This document shows, one piece after another, positions 48,687-57,700 of a DNA stretch of 64,000 nucleotides; positions within the stretch are counted from its first letter, which is position 1, and each line of letters begins with the position of its first letter. The stretch covers positions 3,744,001 through 3,808,000 of the forward strand of contig OZ253442.1 in NCBI GenBank assembly GCA_965261085.1, given 5' to 3'. The DNA comes from a bacterium. GTDB lineage: Bacteria; UBA8248. The translations under genes were made by a program, and so were the position numbers. The notes below the pieces were generated by a model. That model was not told the DNA's origin. It searched no databases and saw only the letters and a list, made by a program, of their open reading frames with translations.

Positions 48687-51600
48687 CTAGAAGCGCATCC
48701 CGAAGCTCACCCGCCCGGAATACCGCGTATCGTCCGAACCGATGCCGCCCACCGACACTTCTCCGCTTACCGAGAAGCGGCCCTTGCGGTAGACGCCGCC
48801 CAGCCCCAGTAGGAGCCTGGTTTTAGACGATTTCGATTCGAGTTTCTCTCCCGATACGTCGACGAGCGTCTCCGCGTCGCCGAGTTTCTGCTCCACGTCC
48901 ACCGAACCCCGTAGGGAGAACGTCCCTCCATCCCAGGCGCGCTCGGTCTCGGCCACCACTCCGACGCCGCCCGTGAGGCGCCTCGCATCATCGAGAGAGA
49001 AACGAGCGCCCATCGAGTCGGTGAATTTGTCGATGGAAACTTCCGAGCGCGTCGCCCAGGCGCGGGGCGTGAGCTTCATCTTCCCGTTCATCTTGATGCG
49101 CCTGCCCGCCTCGATGTTCAGGAGCGTGCCGCGCGCGGCGGCGTCCCGCTTCAAGACCCCTATCTCGTCGTCGCCGGATTTAACCTCCACGTCGTAATCC
49201 GTCAGCGAGAGGCTCCCGTTTGCGTAATAACCGCCCGGCCCCTTCCAGAAACCATCGAGCGACACGCCGATTCCCTCCGCCTCGATGTCCCCGCCGCCTG
49301 TTGGTGCGGAAACGTCCGCAGAACCCGTCACGTGGCGCACCGATATCGAACCGGTGAAATGCTCGCCCATTCCGACGTCCAGCCCGGCTTGCGCCGTAAA
49401 GCGTTCGAAGTCGTATTCCGCACCTACGGTTGCACGATCGGGCGCATGGCTTCCCGTGCTTCCTGAGAGACGCGCCCACACGGGCGAGCCGGGCGAGGTC
49501 AGCCGCTCCCCGTCCGGCCCCCCGCCGCCGAGGCGCAGCAAAAAGCCGGGCAGGGCCTCATAAACCGCCGAGCGCGGAGCGTAGACCTCGTGGAATATGG
49601 GCGAGCCGAGGATTTCGATGGAGTCTTCGGCGGAGAAATTCCGACCGGCGATGACATCGGCGGCCGGCTCGCCGGCGACCTGGTCGCCGCCCTCGAGAAA
49701 ATCGGCCGCCGCATCGCCCAAGCCGTCGAACACGTTCTTGACGACCCGGCCGCCGCCCTTGATAAAAACGGACACCGCTTTGCCCGAGCCGTCGTGCACG
49801 CGCTTCGGTGGAGTCATGCAGTCCGGGGGCGTCCCGACTTGCCCCTCCGGGCACGTCGTAGGCGGCGGAGGAGGCGGAGGCGGCGTGGGCGTCGGGGTCG
49901 GCGTGGGCGTCGTGGGCGGCGGTGGAGTGGCGCAGTTCGGAGGTGTTCCGACTTGTCCCGGCGGACACATTGGCGGCGGCGGAGTAGTGCAGTCTGGGGG
50001 CGTTCCGACTTGTCCCGGCGGACACATTGGCGGCGGTGGAGTGGCGCAGTTCGGAGGTGTTCCGACTTGTCCCGGCGGACACATTGGCGGCGGCGGAGTA
50101 GTGCAGTCCGGGGGCGTTCCGACTTGTCCCGGCGGACACATTGGCGGTGGCGGAGTGGCGCAGTTCGGAGGCGTTCCGGTTAGTCCTTCCGGACAGGTGG
50201 GCCTGGCTGTTTCGTTGAAGTCCTCCGTCGAGAAATCCCGGTCGGTCACGACGCCCTCGGCCGGTTCGCTCACCGTCCAGTTCGCCGGGTCCGGGTCGGT
50301 GCGGTTCGTCACCTTGACGCCCTCCGCCCGCATCGTGACGTTCCACGCCCCGTTCGGGGCCACCGCGTCCTCGACCACGCCCGTCGCGCCCTTGTGCAGC
50401 ACGACTTCGTTGACCTCGATGGTCGTCTCCCCCCCGTCGTTGATGATCCAGTCGTCCCCGAGGACATCCGCCACAAGGCGGCCGTCGAGTTTCATGTCGA
50501 CGTGGAGTTTGGGCATGAGCGGATCGCCGTCCTCGACGGGCGTGTCGCCCGTGGCGAGAATCGCGATGCCCGACGCCGCGCCGACGCTGCCTTTGGGCCC
50601 GATGACGACCCGGCCACCGCCCGCGAGGTAGACCCCCGCCGCCTCGCCCGAGCCGCCCATCACGGGGCCGTTCACCGTCACCGTCTGCATGCGGTAGTCG
50701 TCCTCGTCCAGCGCGGCGGCCCTCTCTGCGCCGAGCCTGCCGACCTGGCCCACCTGGATGGCGTTCGCGCCGGCGCCCTCGGCCGTGACGCTCCCGTCGT
50801 CGACCGTGACGGTGATGGTCCTCTCGAGGTCCGTCGTGCTTCGATGCCAAGCCAGGATGCCGTGGGAATTCACGCCCTTGGTCGTAACGCTGCCGCCGGT
50901 GACGGCGATGTCGATGTCGCCGGTGCTTGTGTGATTGGCATAGATGCCGTTGGAAAAGGTGTCTCTGTAGCTGTCATGGAGGGCCGTACTTTCGGTCGTG
51001 ATAGTAACATCCGTTGTGTCGATGGTCACGTCGCCGGCGCCTTCGTGGTGGGCATGGATGCCGATGGAAAGGAGTCCTTTCGTCGTGATGCTGCCGCCGG
51101 CGACGTCGATGTCAATGGCGCCGGCGCCTAAATGGTAGGCACCTACTCCCTGGGAAAAGGTGACTTCGTTTCGGAGGTCCGTCGAGTCGCTCAGGATGGT
51201 GACGTTTTCCAGATCGATAGTGAGAACGCCTTTAGCCCCCCCTTCGTACACGCCAGAAACCGCATGTGACTCAATCCCTTTCGTCGTGATCCTGCCGCCT
51301 CGTACGATGATTGACGTATTGCCGGTCGAACCTGATCTGATGTAGCTTCTAATGCCATGGGAGTCGCTGCCATTTGTCGTGATGATGCTGCCACCGGCAA
51401 CGCCAATGTCGCCGTCGCCGTCGCTTGCATTATCGGCATAGACACCGTAGGAAGACGCGCCGCTCGTCGTGATGTATCCGCCGGTGACGTCGATGTCGAC
51501 GGTGCCCGTGACAGTGCCTTGATGAAGAACATAGATACCGTGGGAAGACGCGCCGCTCGTTGTGACGGAGCCGCCGGTGACGTCGATGTCGACGGCGCCC

Positions 51601-52385
51601 GTGCCCAGATGCTGGGCAACGATGCCGTGGGAGACGGTATCCTCGAGAACGGGATCGAGAGCGGTGCTCTCCGTCTTGATGGTGGCGGCCTGAACGTCAA
51701 TTTTGATGTTGCCGTTGCTTTCATGTAAGGCATAGACACCATCGGAAGTCACGCCCTTCGTCGTGATGGATCCGCCGGTGAAGTCGATGTCGACGGCGCC
51801 CGTGCCCTGATGCCAGCCCAAGACGCCGCGGGACTTGACGCCCTCCGTCGTGATGTTCGTCAGCTTGGTGGAGATGTTGATGTCCTCGGTGCCTTTATGC
51901 CGGCCCAAGACGCCGTGGGAACTGTCGCCCTCCGTCGTGATGGTGCTGGTCAAGATGTCCAGGTCCGGCCCGATGCGGTAGCTCAGGTCGATGTCGATGT
52001 ACCCGGAGCCTTCATGAAGGCCATGGACGCCGTGGGCGTTTTCGTCTGTCGTATCGATGTCGACGCCTTGGGCGTAAATGTCGATTTCAACGGTGGAATC
52101 GGCGTCCTGCGTACACTCGATGCTCTCTCCGGTTCCGGGCGTGTTGCTGCACACGGCCGCAGCAGACGCCTCGCCCGCTCCGAGAACGAGCGCGGCTAGC
52201 AGCACCAGGGCGGCGAGACCCGGCAGGGCGAGGCGTCTCCGGCCGCGCGCCATCCGGCCGGGCGGAGAGGAGCGGCCCGAATTGCGATTCAACCTCGAGG
52301 CCGGAGGCCGTGCGGCCTCTCGCTCCTGACGCCCCGACCCGCTGTTCAGCCACCGTTCTATAAAGACGAAATAGATTCCGAACAT
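48687..52385 (-). CDS. Autotransporter adhesin: beta-helix-like repeats, Pro/Cys-rich linker, C-terminal beta-barrel
   Basis: Extended signal peptide ending GEASA; about 10 repeats of DIDVTGGSITTxGxxSHGIYAxH; WARLSGS barrel start; terminal FGMRF. Confidence 0.88.
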   Translation of the reverse strand: MFGIYFVFIERWLNSGSGRQEREAARPPASRLNRNSGRSSPPGRMARGRRRLALPGLAALVLLAALVLGAGEASAAAVCSNTPGTGESIECTQDADSTVEIDIYAQGVDIDTTDENAHGVHGLHEGSGYIDIDLSYRIGPDLDILTSTITTEGDSSHGVLGRHKGTEDINISTKLTNITTEGVKSRGVLGWHQGTGAVDIDFTGGSITTKGVTSDGVYALHESNGNIKIDVQAATIKTESTALDPVLEDTVSHGIVAQHLGTGAVDIDVTGGSVTTSGASSHGIYVLHQGTVTGTVDIDVTGGYITTSGASSYGVYADNASDGDGDIGVAGGSIITTNGSDSHGIRSYIRSGSTGNTSIIVRGGRITTKGIESHAVSGVYEGGAKGVLTIDLENVTILSDSTDLRNEVTFSQGVGAYHLGAGAIDIDVAGGSITTKGLLSIGIHAHHEGAGDVTIDTTDVTITTESTALHDSYRDTFSNGIYANHTSTGDIDIAVTGGSVTTKGVNSHGILAWHRSTTDLERTITVTVDDGSVTAEGAGANAIQVGQVGRLGAERAAALDEDDYRMQTVTVNGPVMGGSGEAAGVYLAGGGRVVIGPKGSVGAASGIAILATGDTPVEDGDPLMPKLHVDMKLDGRLVADVLGDDWIINDGGETTIEVNEVVLHKGATGVVEDAVAPNGAWNVTMRAEGVKVTNRTDPDPANWTVSEPAEGVVTDRDFSTEDFNETARPTCPEGLTGTPPNCATPPPPMCPPGQVGTPPDCTTPPPPMCPPGQVGTPPNCATPPPPMCPPGQVGTPPDCTTPPPPMCPPGQVGTPPNCATPPPPTTPTPTPTPTPPPPPPPPTTCPEGQVGTPPDCMTPPKRVHDGSGKAVSVFIKGGGRVVKNVFDGLGDAAADFLEGGDQVAGEPAADVIAGRNFSAEDSIEILGSPIFHEVYAPRSAVYEALPGFLLRLGGGGPDGERLTSPGSPVWARLSGSTGSHAPDRATVGAEYDFERFTAQAGLDVGMGEHFTGSISVRHVTGSADVSAPTGGGDIEAEGIGVSLDGFWKGPGGYYANGSLSLTDYDVEVKSGDDEIGVLKRDAAARGTLLNIEAGRRIKMNGKMKLTPRAWATRSEVSIDKFTDSMGARFSLDDARRLTGGVGVVAETERAWDGGTFSLRGSVDVEQKLGDAETLVDVSGEKLESKSSKTRLLLGLGGVYRKGRFSVSGEVSVGGIGSDDTRYSGRVSFGMRF
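49815..50200 (-). repeat. 57-bp coding tandem repeat CPPGQVGTPP(N/D)C(A/T)TPPPPM, about 6 units
   Basis: Visible in both DNA and protein; units alternate NCA / DCT. Confidence 0.9.
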
Positions 52386-52693
52386 GTCACCTTTCCTTTC
52401 CTCGTGCGAGACCCGAGCCGGAAGCAAACTTGGCGTTCAGGTCGCTGACAAGTCTCATTTACCGGGTATGAATGGCCCCCGCGGTGCTACGGTCGGCCGT
52501 ATAATCGTCAGTCATGTCGAAGTTTCCCGTTCAATTGCCGTTCCGTTGCCGCCGGGCCGCCCCGGCAGGGCGCCCGCAGCGCAGACGCACGAAAGCCGCC
52601 GGCGGACCGGCGGCCATGAAGGTCTTAGAGAAAGGATTGCCGCCCCGAGAGGGCGGACCGGTCCGGTCGGTCCGACCGGACGCCCGATCTAAT

Positions 52694-52812
52694 CTTGAGG
52701 CTTGAGGCTTGAGGCTTGAGGCTTGAGGCTTGAGGCTTGAGGCTTGAGGCTTGAGGCTTGAGGCTTGAGGCTTGAGGCTTGAGGCTTGAGGCTTGAGGCT
52801 TGAGGCTTGAGG
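52694..52812. repeat. Perfect heptamer tandem repeat (CTTGAGG)17
   Basis: 119 bp counted directly. Confidence 0.97.
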
Positions 52813-52817
52813 CCCTC

Positions 52818-52846
52818 AGTATATGATGACCCGACGCCTCACGCAA
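52818..52846 (-). promoter_or_regulatory. Sigma70-like promoter TTGCGT-N17-TATACT reading into the heptamer array
   Basis: Plus-strand agtata at 52818-52823 and acgcaa at 52841-52846; same motif in the second cassette. Confidence 0.6.
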
Positions 52847-53564
52847 ATTCAGGCCTCGCGCCGACTTCCCTTGATATTCCATGCGTTCCCTTTTCTTTCT
52901 TGCGTTCGTTTCACGAGGCGCGGCATGGAACCCGCAATGGGCCCGGGCGATGCGTCGAACGATACGGAGCCGGCCCCTGTGAAGGAACCGGGCGCCTCCT
53001 AGCCAAAGTCTGGTCACTTTCTAGGATAAACGATTCGGACACACCTTGTGAAACTCTAAATTCGAGGCCTGAGCAATAATCAAATTTGTGCAAATGCGGG
53101 GCCCTTGCGGGGGGCGATTCACGGGTCTTACAGCCGGAAACGAAACCCTCCGGCCGCAGGCGAGGGGAGGAGACATGAGATGTCGAAACCCCCAAGCCGC
53201 AGGAACGCGGCGCTCCGGGAGGCGATGGCGAAAGGCGAAACAGGACGGAGGCGCGGTTGCGTAGTGCGGGTGGAAGGGGAGACGGGATGGTTCCGGCGAC
53301 TCGGACCCGCCGGGATGCGCGGGAGTTTGAATTCGCCCGCTTTCGTTTTGATTACATATTGCGGAAGGCGGATTCCGGATGAAGTTAGTAAAAATAGATA
53401 TTTACAATTATATCAATAAGATAATGGAATTTCTTCGCCGATAAAAACACTCATCCGCATCTAAGCGGGCGGAAAGGCATTTATGTGCGTTCCGTAAGGA
53501 GGAACACTTCCTGCCGCTCGCGCCACCTTGTCGCCGACGGGATGCGGACACGAACTACGGAGCA

Positions 53565-54023
53565 TCATCCGGGACGCCGGCATCCCGTCCGCACCACCCG
53601 CCGCACCACCCACAACACCTTGTTGCGAATATGGACGTCTTCTGCGCGGCAGGGGGCGTGGCCGTTGTCGGCGGGGATGAGCCGGAGCCTTGGGCGTTCC
53701 TCCTCCGCGCCATCGCCGCGCACCGCCTCGACTCGTCTGGTCACAAGCCTCTCCCCGAGCCTGAGCAGGAACGCGCCTCCCGCCTCCGGGAGGCGGCTCG
53801 CGAGGTCGACCACGACCCAGTCGCCCTCGCGTATCTCAGGCTCCATCGAGTCGTCCTCCACATCGAGGATGCGCAGGTGTGTGGTCTCTTCACCTTCGTC
53901 GGTGCAATACGTCACCCGGAAAGGCTGGCAGAACTCTTCATCTCCCGTGGCGGGACCCGACCCGACGGGCTCTCCGGCCGGGGCCTCCCCGCCCGCACCG
54001 CCGTTGATGATGCAGTCCGTCAT
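53565..54023 (-). CDS. Peptidase S24 (LexA/CI C-terminal)-like protein without HTH
   Basis: VEDDSMEPEIREGDWVVVD...LVTRRV...LRLIPADN. Confidence 0.78.
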   Translation of the reverse strand: MTDCIINGGAGGEAPAGEPVGSGPATGDEEFCQPFRVTYCTDEGEETTHLRILDVEDDSMEPEIREGDWVVVDLASRLPEAGGAFLLRLGERLVTRRVEAVRGDGAEEERPRLRLIPADNGHAPCRAEDVHIRNKVLWVVRRVVRTGCRRPG

Positions 54024-54174
54024 GGGAGTCTTTCTTCCGGGTCATCCAGGCAATCGGGGACTCCGCCACGACATCCGCCGTCACACGGTCCCCGGCGATC
54101 CGTTCATGGCCTTGCGGCTTCGCGGGAGGGGCCGCTTCCCTCTATCCGGGAAGAGGGCGTCAGGCGCCTGTTCC

Positions 54175-54603
54175 TCACGGCCGCTTGACCTCCCACTCCA
54201 CCTCGCCGAGGACCTCGACGTCTTCTGCGAAGCAGGGGGCGCAGGCGGGGTTGGCGGGGATGAGCCTCAGGCGTTCGTCCTCCGCTCCATCGCCGGGCAT
54301 CGCCTCGGCTTGTCTGGCCACCAGACTCTCCCCGAGCCTGATCAGGAACTTTCCTCCCGCCTCCGGGCGCCGGCTCGCGAGGTCGACCACGACCCAATCG
54401 CCCTCGCGCAACTCAGGCTCCATCGAGTCGTCGCACACCCGCACGATGCGCAGGTGCGTGGTCTTCACGCCTTCTTCGGTGCGATGCTCCACCCAGAAAG
54501 GCTCGCCGATCTCGTTGTCGTCATCTCCCGTGTCGGGGATCAGCTCGACGGGTTCAATGAGCATGTCGTTCCCGTTACGGCCCTGTCTGGTGTCTTCCGT
54601 CAT
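54175..54603 (-). CDS. Peptidase S24-like protein without HTH (paralog)
   Basis: VCDDSMEPELREGDWVVVD...LVARQA...LRLIPANP...VEVLGEV. Confidence 0.78.
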   Translation of the reverse strand: MTEDTRQGRNGNDMLIEPVELIPDTGDDDNEIGEPFWVEHRTEEGVKTTHLRIVRVCDDSMEPELREGDWVVVDLASRRPEAGGKFLIRLGESLVARQAEAMPGDGAEDERLRLIPANPACAPCFAEDVEVLGEVEWEVKRP

Positions 54604-54707
54604 GGTGATATTCCTTTCCGGTAATCCGGGGAACCCGGTCCCCGATGTTCCGCGGGCCCTCGCCCGCATCCTTTCGCTTCACGTTCACGATTCCCGGTTG
54701 GATTCGA

Positions 54708-57700
54708 TCACCACCTCTTCGAACCCCTCAGGACGAGCCCGGCTTCGGGCTCACCGTCCCCGGCGGGTTCGGCGAGCGTGGCCTCGAGGTTCAGGGCGAA
54801 GGCGGGGCCGAGTTTCCAGCGCGCTCCCGCGCGCCAGGTCTCCCCGCCACCGGTGAGCGCCACGCCCGTATAGGGCGTCAGGAGACCGCGCCAGGCGTCC
54901 AGCCCGTAGCCCACCTCCGCGTTCAGGCCCGCGTCGGGGTCGAACTCCCCGCCCGCCACCGCGCGCTGCGCCCAGAGACGGCCCACTCCGCTCGATGACG
55001 CGCCCCAGGCGGAGCCGACCCGCACGGAGAGCCCACGGCCCTCCTCCCCGGGGGAGAGGGCGAGCGAGGCGCTCACGCCCCATTCCTCGTAATCGCGCTC
55101 CTCGTGCGCGATGAGGCCCCTTGCGCGCACCTCCATCGTGAGACCCCCGGAATTCGTCCAGCGGAGGCCGCCGCCCAGTTCTACGCCGCTTCCCGTCTCC
55201 GCGTCGCCTCCGTCGTGGCGAAGCCCTATTTCGAGGGAGGGCGTCAGCACGCCGCTTTCAAACTTCACCTCGCGCGAACCCTCCAGCGCCAGGCGCAGGC
55301 GCCGCGTCTGCGCATCCGCCGCGGCGAGTCCCGTCACCGCTTCCGACTCGGTCCGCACGAAGAGGACGTCGGTCTTGACCGCAAGGTCGTAGCCCGCGAC
55401 GGATGCGAGCTTGCCCCGGGCCCCGAACGCCGCCATCCCCATGGAGATGTCGGTCTCCATGCGCTCCACTATCCCCCCCGTGTTCTCCACCTCGAGCGTC
55501 AACCCGCCCTCGCCCAGGCCCAGGACGCCCCAGACCGAGAGGCGCTCGCTCAACGTGTAGCGCAGATAGGGGTAGGCGCTCGCGAGCGTCGATTCCAGCT
55601 CGCCCCGCGCGTCGGCCTCCGTGTAGGAACCCTCCCCCGTGCTGTAGGCGAGCGCCACGCCCGCCAGGACCCTGCCCCGCTCGTAATCAGCGCCCATCAC
55701 GCCCGTCGAGACGTCCCCCTCGAGCGTGAGCGCGTCCTCTTTGCCGCTGAAACTCGCGCGCGACCCCCGGGCCCACAGCGACCAGCGCCCGGACTCATCC
55801 TCGCCACCTGCCGAGGCCATATGAAACGAACTCGCCATCAGCAGCCCGGCCGTCGATATCTCGCCCGCTGTCGAATCGTCCGCCTCCGCCCGGAGAAGGT
55901 CCTTCGTCTCTCTCAAGTCCGGCCCGAGGACGCCTGCCTCCCCGAGGAGGGTCCCATCCGCTCCGGGCCACGAAGCGCCCAGCACCACCTGGTGGCCGCC
56001 GAGCGTCAACCGCGCCGGACCCGGAGAATTTGAATTCCCCTCGATCCGCGCGCCCACCGCGTCCAGCACCTGTTCCGCGACCGTGCGCCCGAAGCGCGCC
56101 AGCCACGCCTTGGGCATGTGGTCGGTGTTCTTGATCGTCCCCGTCGCCGTACCGTCCTCGATATACGCCCCCGTGGCGTTCGAGAGCGTGAGCGTCAGCG
56201 TCTCGCTCCCCTCGTCGTGCGCGTCGTCGAGCACAGCGACCGATACCGTCTTCGCCCTCTCGCCGGCCGCGAAGGTCAGCGCGCCGCTCACCGCCGTGTA
56301 GTCGGCGCCCGCCTTCGCCGTCCCGTCGGCGGTCGCGTAGTCCACCGTCACCCGCGACGACGGCGCCCGGTCGAGCCTCACCACGAAGGCAAGCGCCGCG
56401 TCCGGCCCCTCCTCCACCTCCGCATCCGCCACCGAGAGACCCGGCGGACCCAGGACCCTCGTCGATATCGCCGCCGACAGCGCCCGCCCGTCGCCGGTGC
56501 ACACCGCCCCCGGCGTACCGCAGGCGCGCCCACCCTCGAGCGTCACCGTCACGTCGCCAATCGAATCCGGCTTGACCGTCGCCTCCCACAGGTCCTTGCG
56601 CCGGTCCACCCGCTTCGCCTTCGTCACGCTCCCGCCGGACACCGATAAGGAGGCGTCGCGGAACGTCCGGAAGCCGATCGAGATGCCCTCGCTGAACGCG
56701 ATCCTGAGCTTGAACGCCGTCTTCCCGTCATGCTCCGCCGGCGCCTGCACGAAGCTCGCCGTCAGCGCCACGACCACTGGTTCGACCGCGGGGCCGGCCA
56801 CCGTGGCCGTCGCCGTGTTGGTCAACCGCCTGCGGTCCCCGCCCCGGGTGCAGATCGCCCCGGAGACCCCGCACTCGCGCCCGCCCGCCAGCGTGACCGT
56901 CACATCGCCCTCGCCGTCGGGCTCGACCGTGATCCGCCACAGGTCGTGGCGCCGGTCCACCCGGCGCGCCCCGGTCACCTCGCCCCCGTCCACCGTGAAC
57001 GAGGCGTCGCGCATCGACCGGAAGCCGATCCCGATCTCCTCGCTGAACGCCACCCGGAAGTGGAACGCGTCCTCCCCGTCGTGCGCCTCCGGCAGGCCCT
57101 CGAACGCCGCCGTCAGCGGCGCAGGGCCCGGACCCTCTACCGTCGTCGCGATCCCCTCCGACAGCGAACGCCCGTCCTCCGTGCAGATCGCCCCCGGCTC
57201 GTCGCACGGACGCCCCCCGTCGATCCGCATCGTCAGGTCGTCGTCCGAGCCCGGCTCGATCTCGAACTCCCACACGCGCTCGCCGTCTTCCTGTCCGCCA
57301 CCCGAACGGCCCGCCGAACGACCCGCCGCGCCTCCGCCCGGCCGGTTGTCCACCTGGCGCACCGACGTCACCCGGCCGCCCTCGACCTTCACCCCGTGCT
57401 CGCCGACGTTCTCCGGGCTCTCCTCGATCGCCTCGCTGAACGCCACCCGAACCTTGACCCGGCCCGAGCCGTCATGGTGCTCCGGCGGCGACACGAACCG
57501 CGCCTTCAGCGACCGCGCACCGCCCTCGCCGGCCGGGCACGCGTTCGTGACCGTCCCTTCGCTGTCCGCGACCGACAGGCAGGCCCTGACCGGGCTGCCG
57601 AGCTGGAAGCTCCTCGATGTCGTCGTGACGAACCCGGTCAAGGGGAGGCCGGCGTTGGTGTGACTAGCCCTGCACCCGAACCCCATCCGGAGCCGCACGG

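Larger units (their letters stand above)
52676..53118 (-). promoter_or_regulatory. Conserved upstream cassette, copy 1
   Basis: Homologous to 59572-59990 and 62501-62800; shared core gattcggacacaccttgtgaaac. Confidence 0.8.

Noticed and set aside
52437-52882. Frameshift on/off fusion of the repeat-containing leader to the first autotransporter
   Set aside because: The autotransporter frame has stops at 52437-52439 and 52455-52457, so no repeat number gives a fusion
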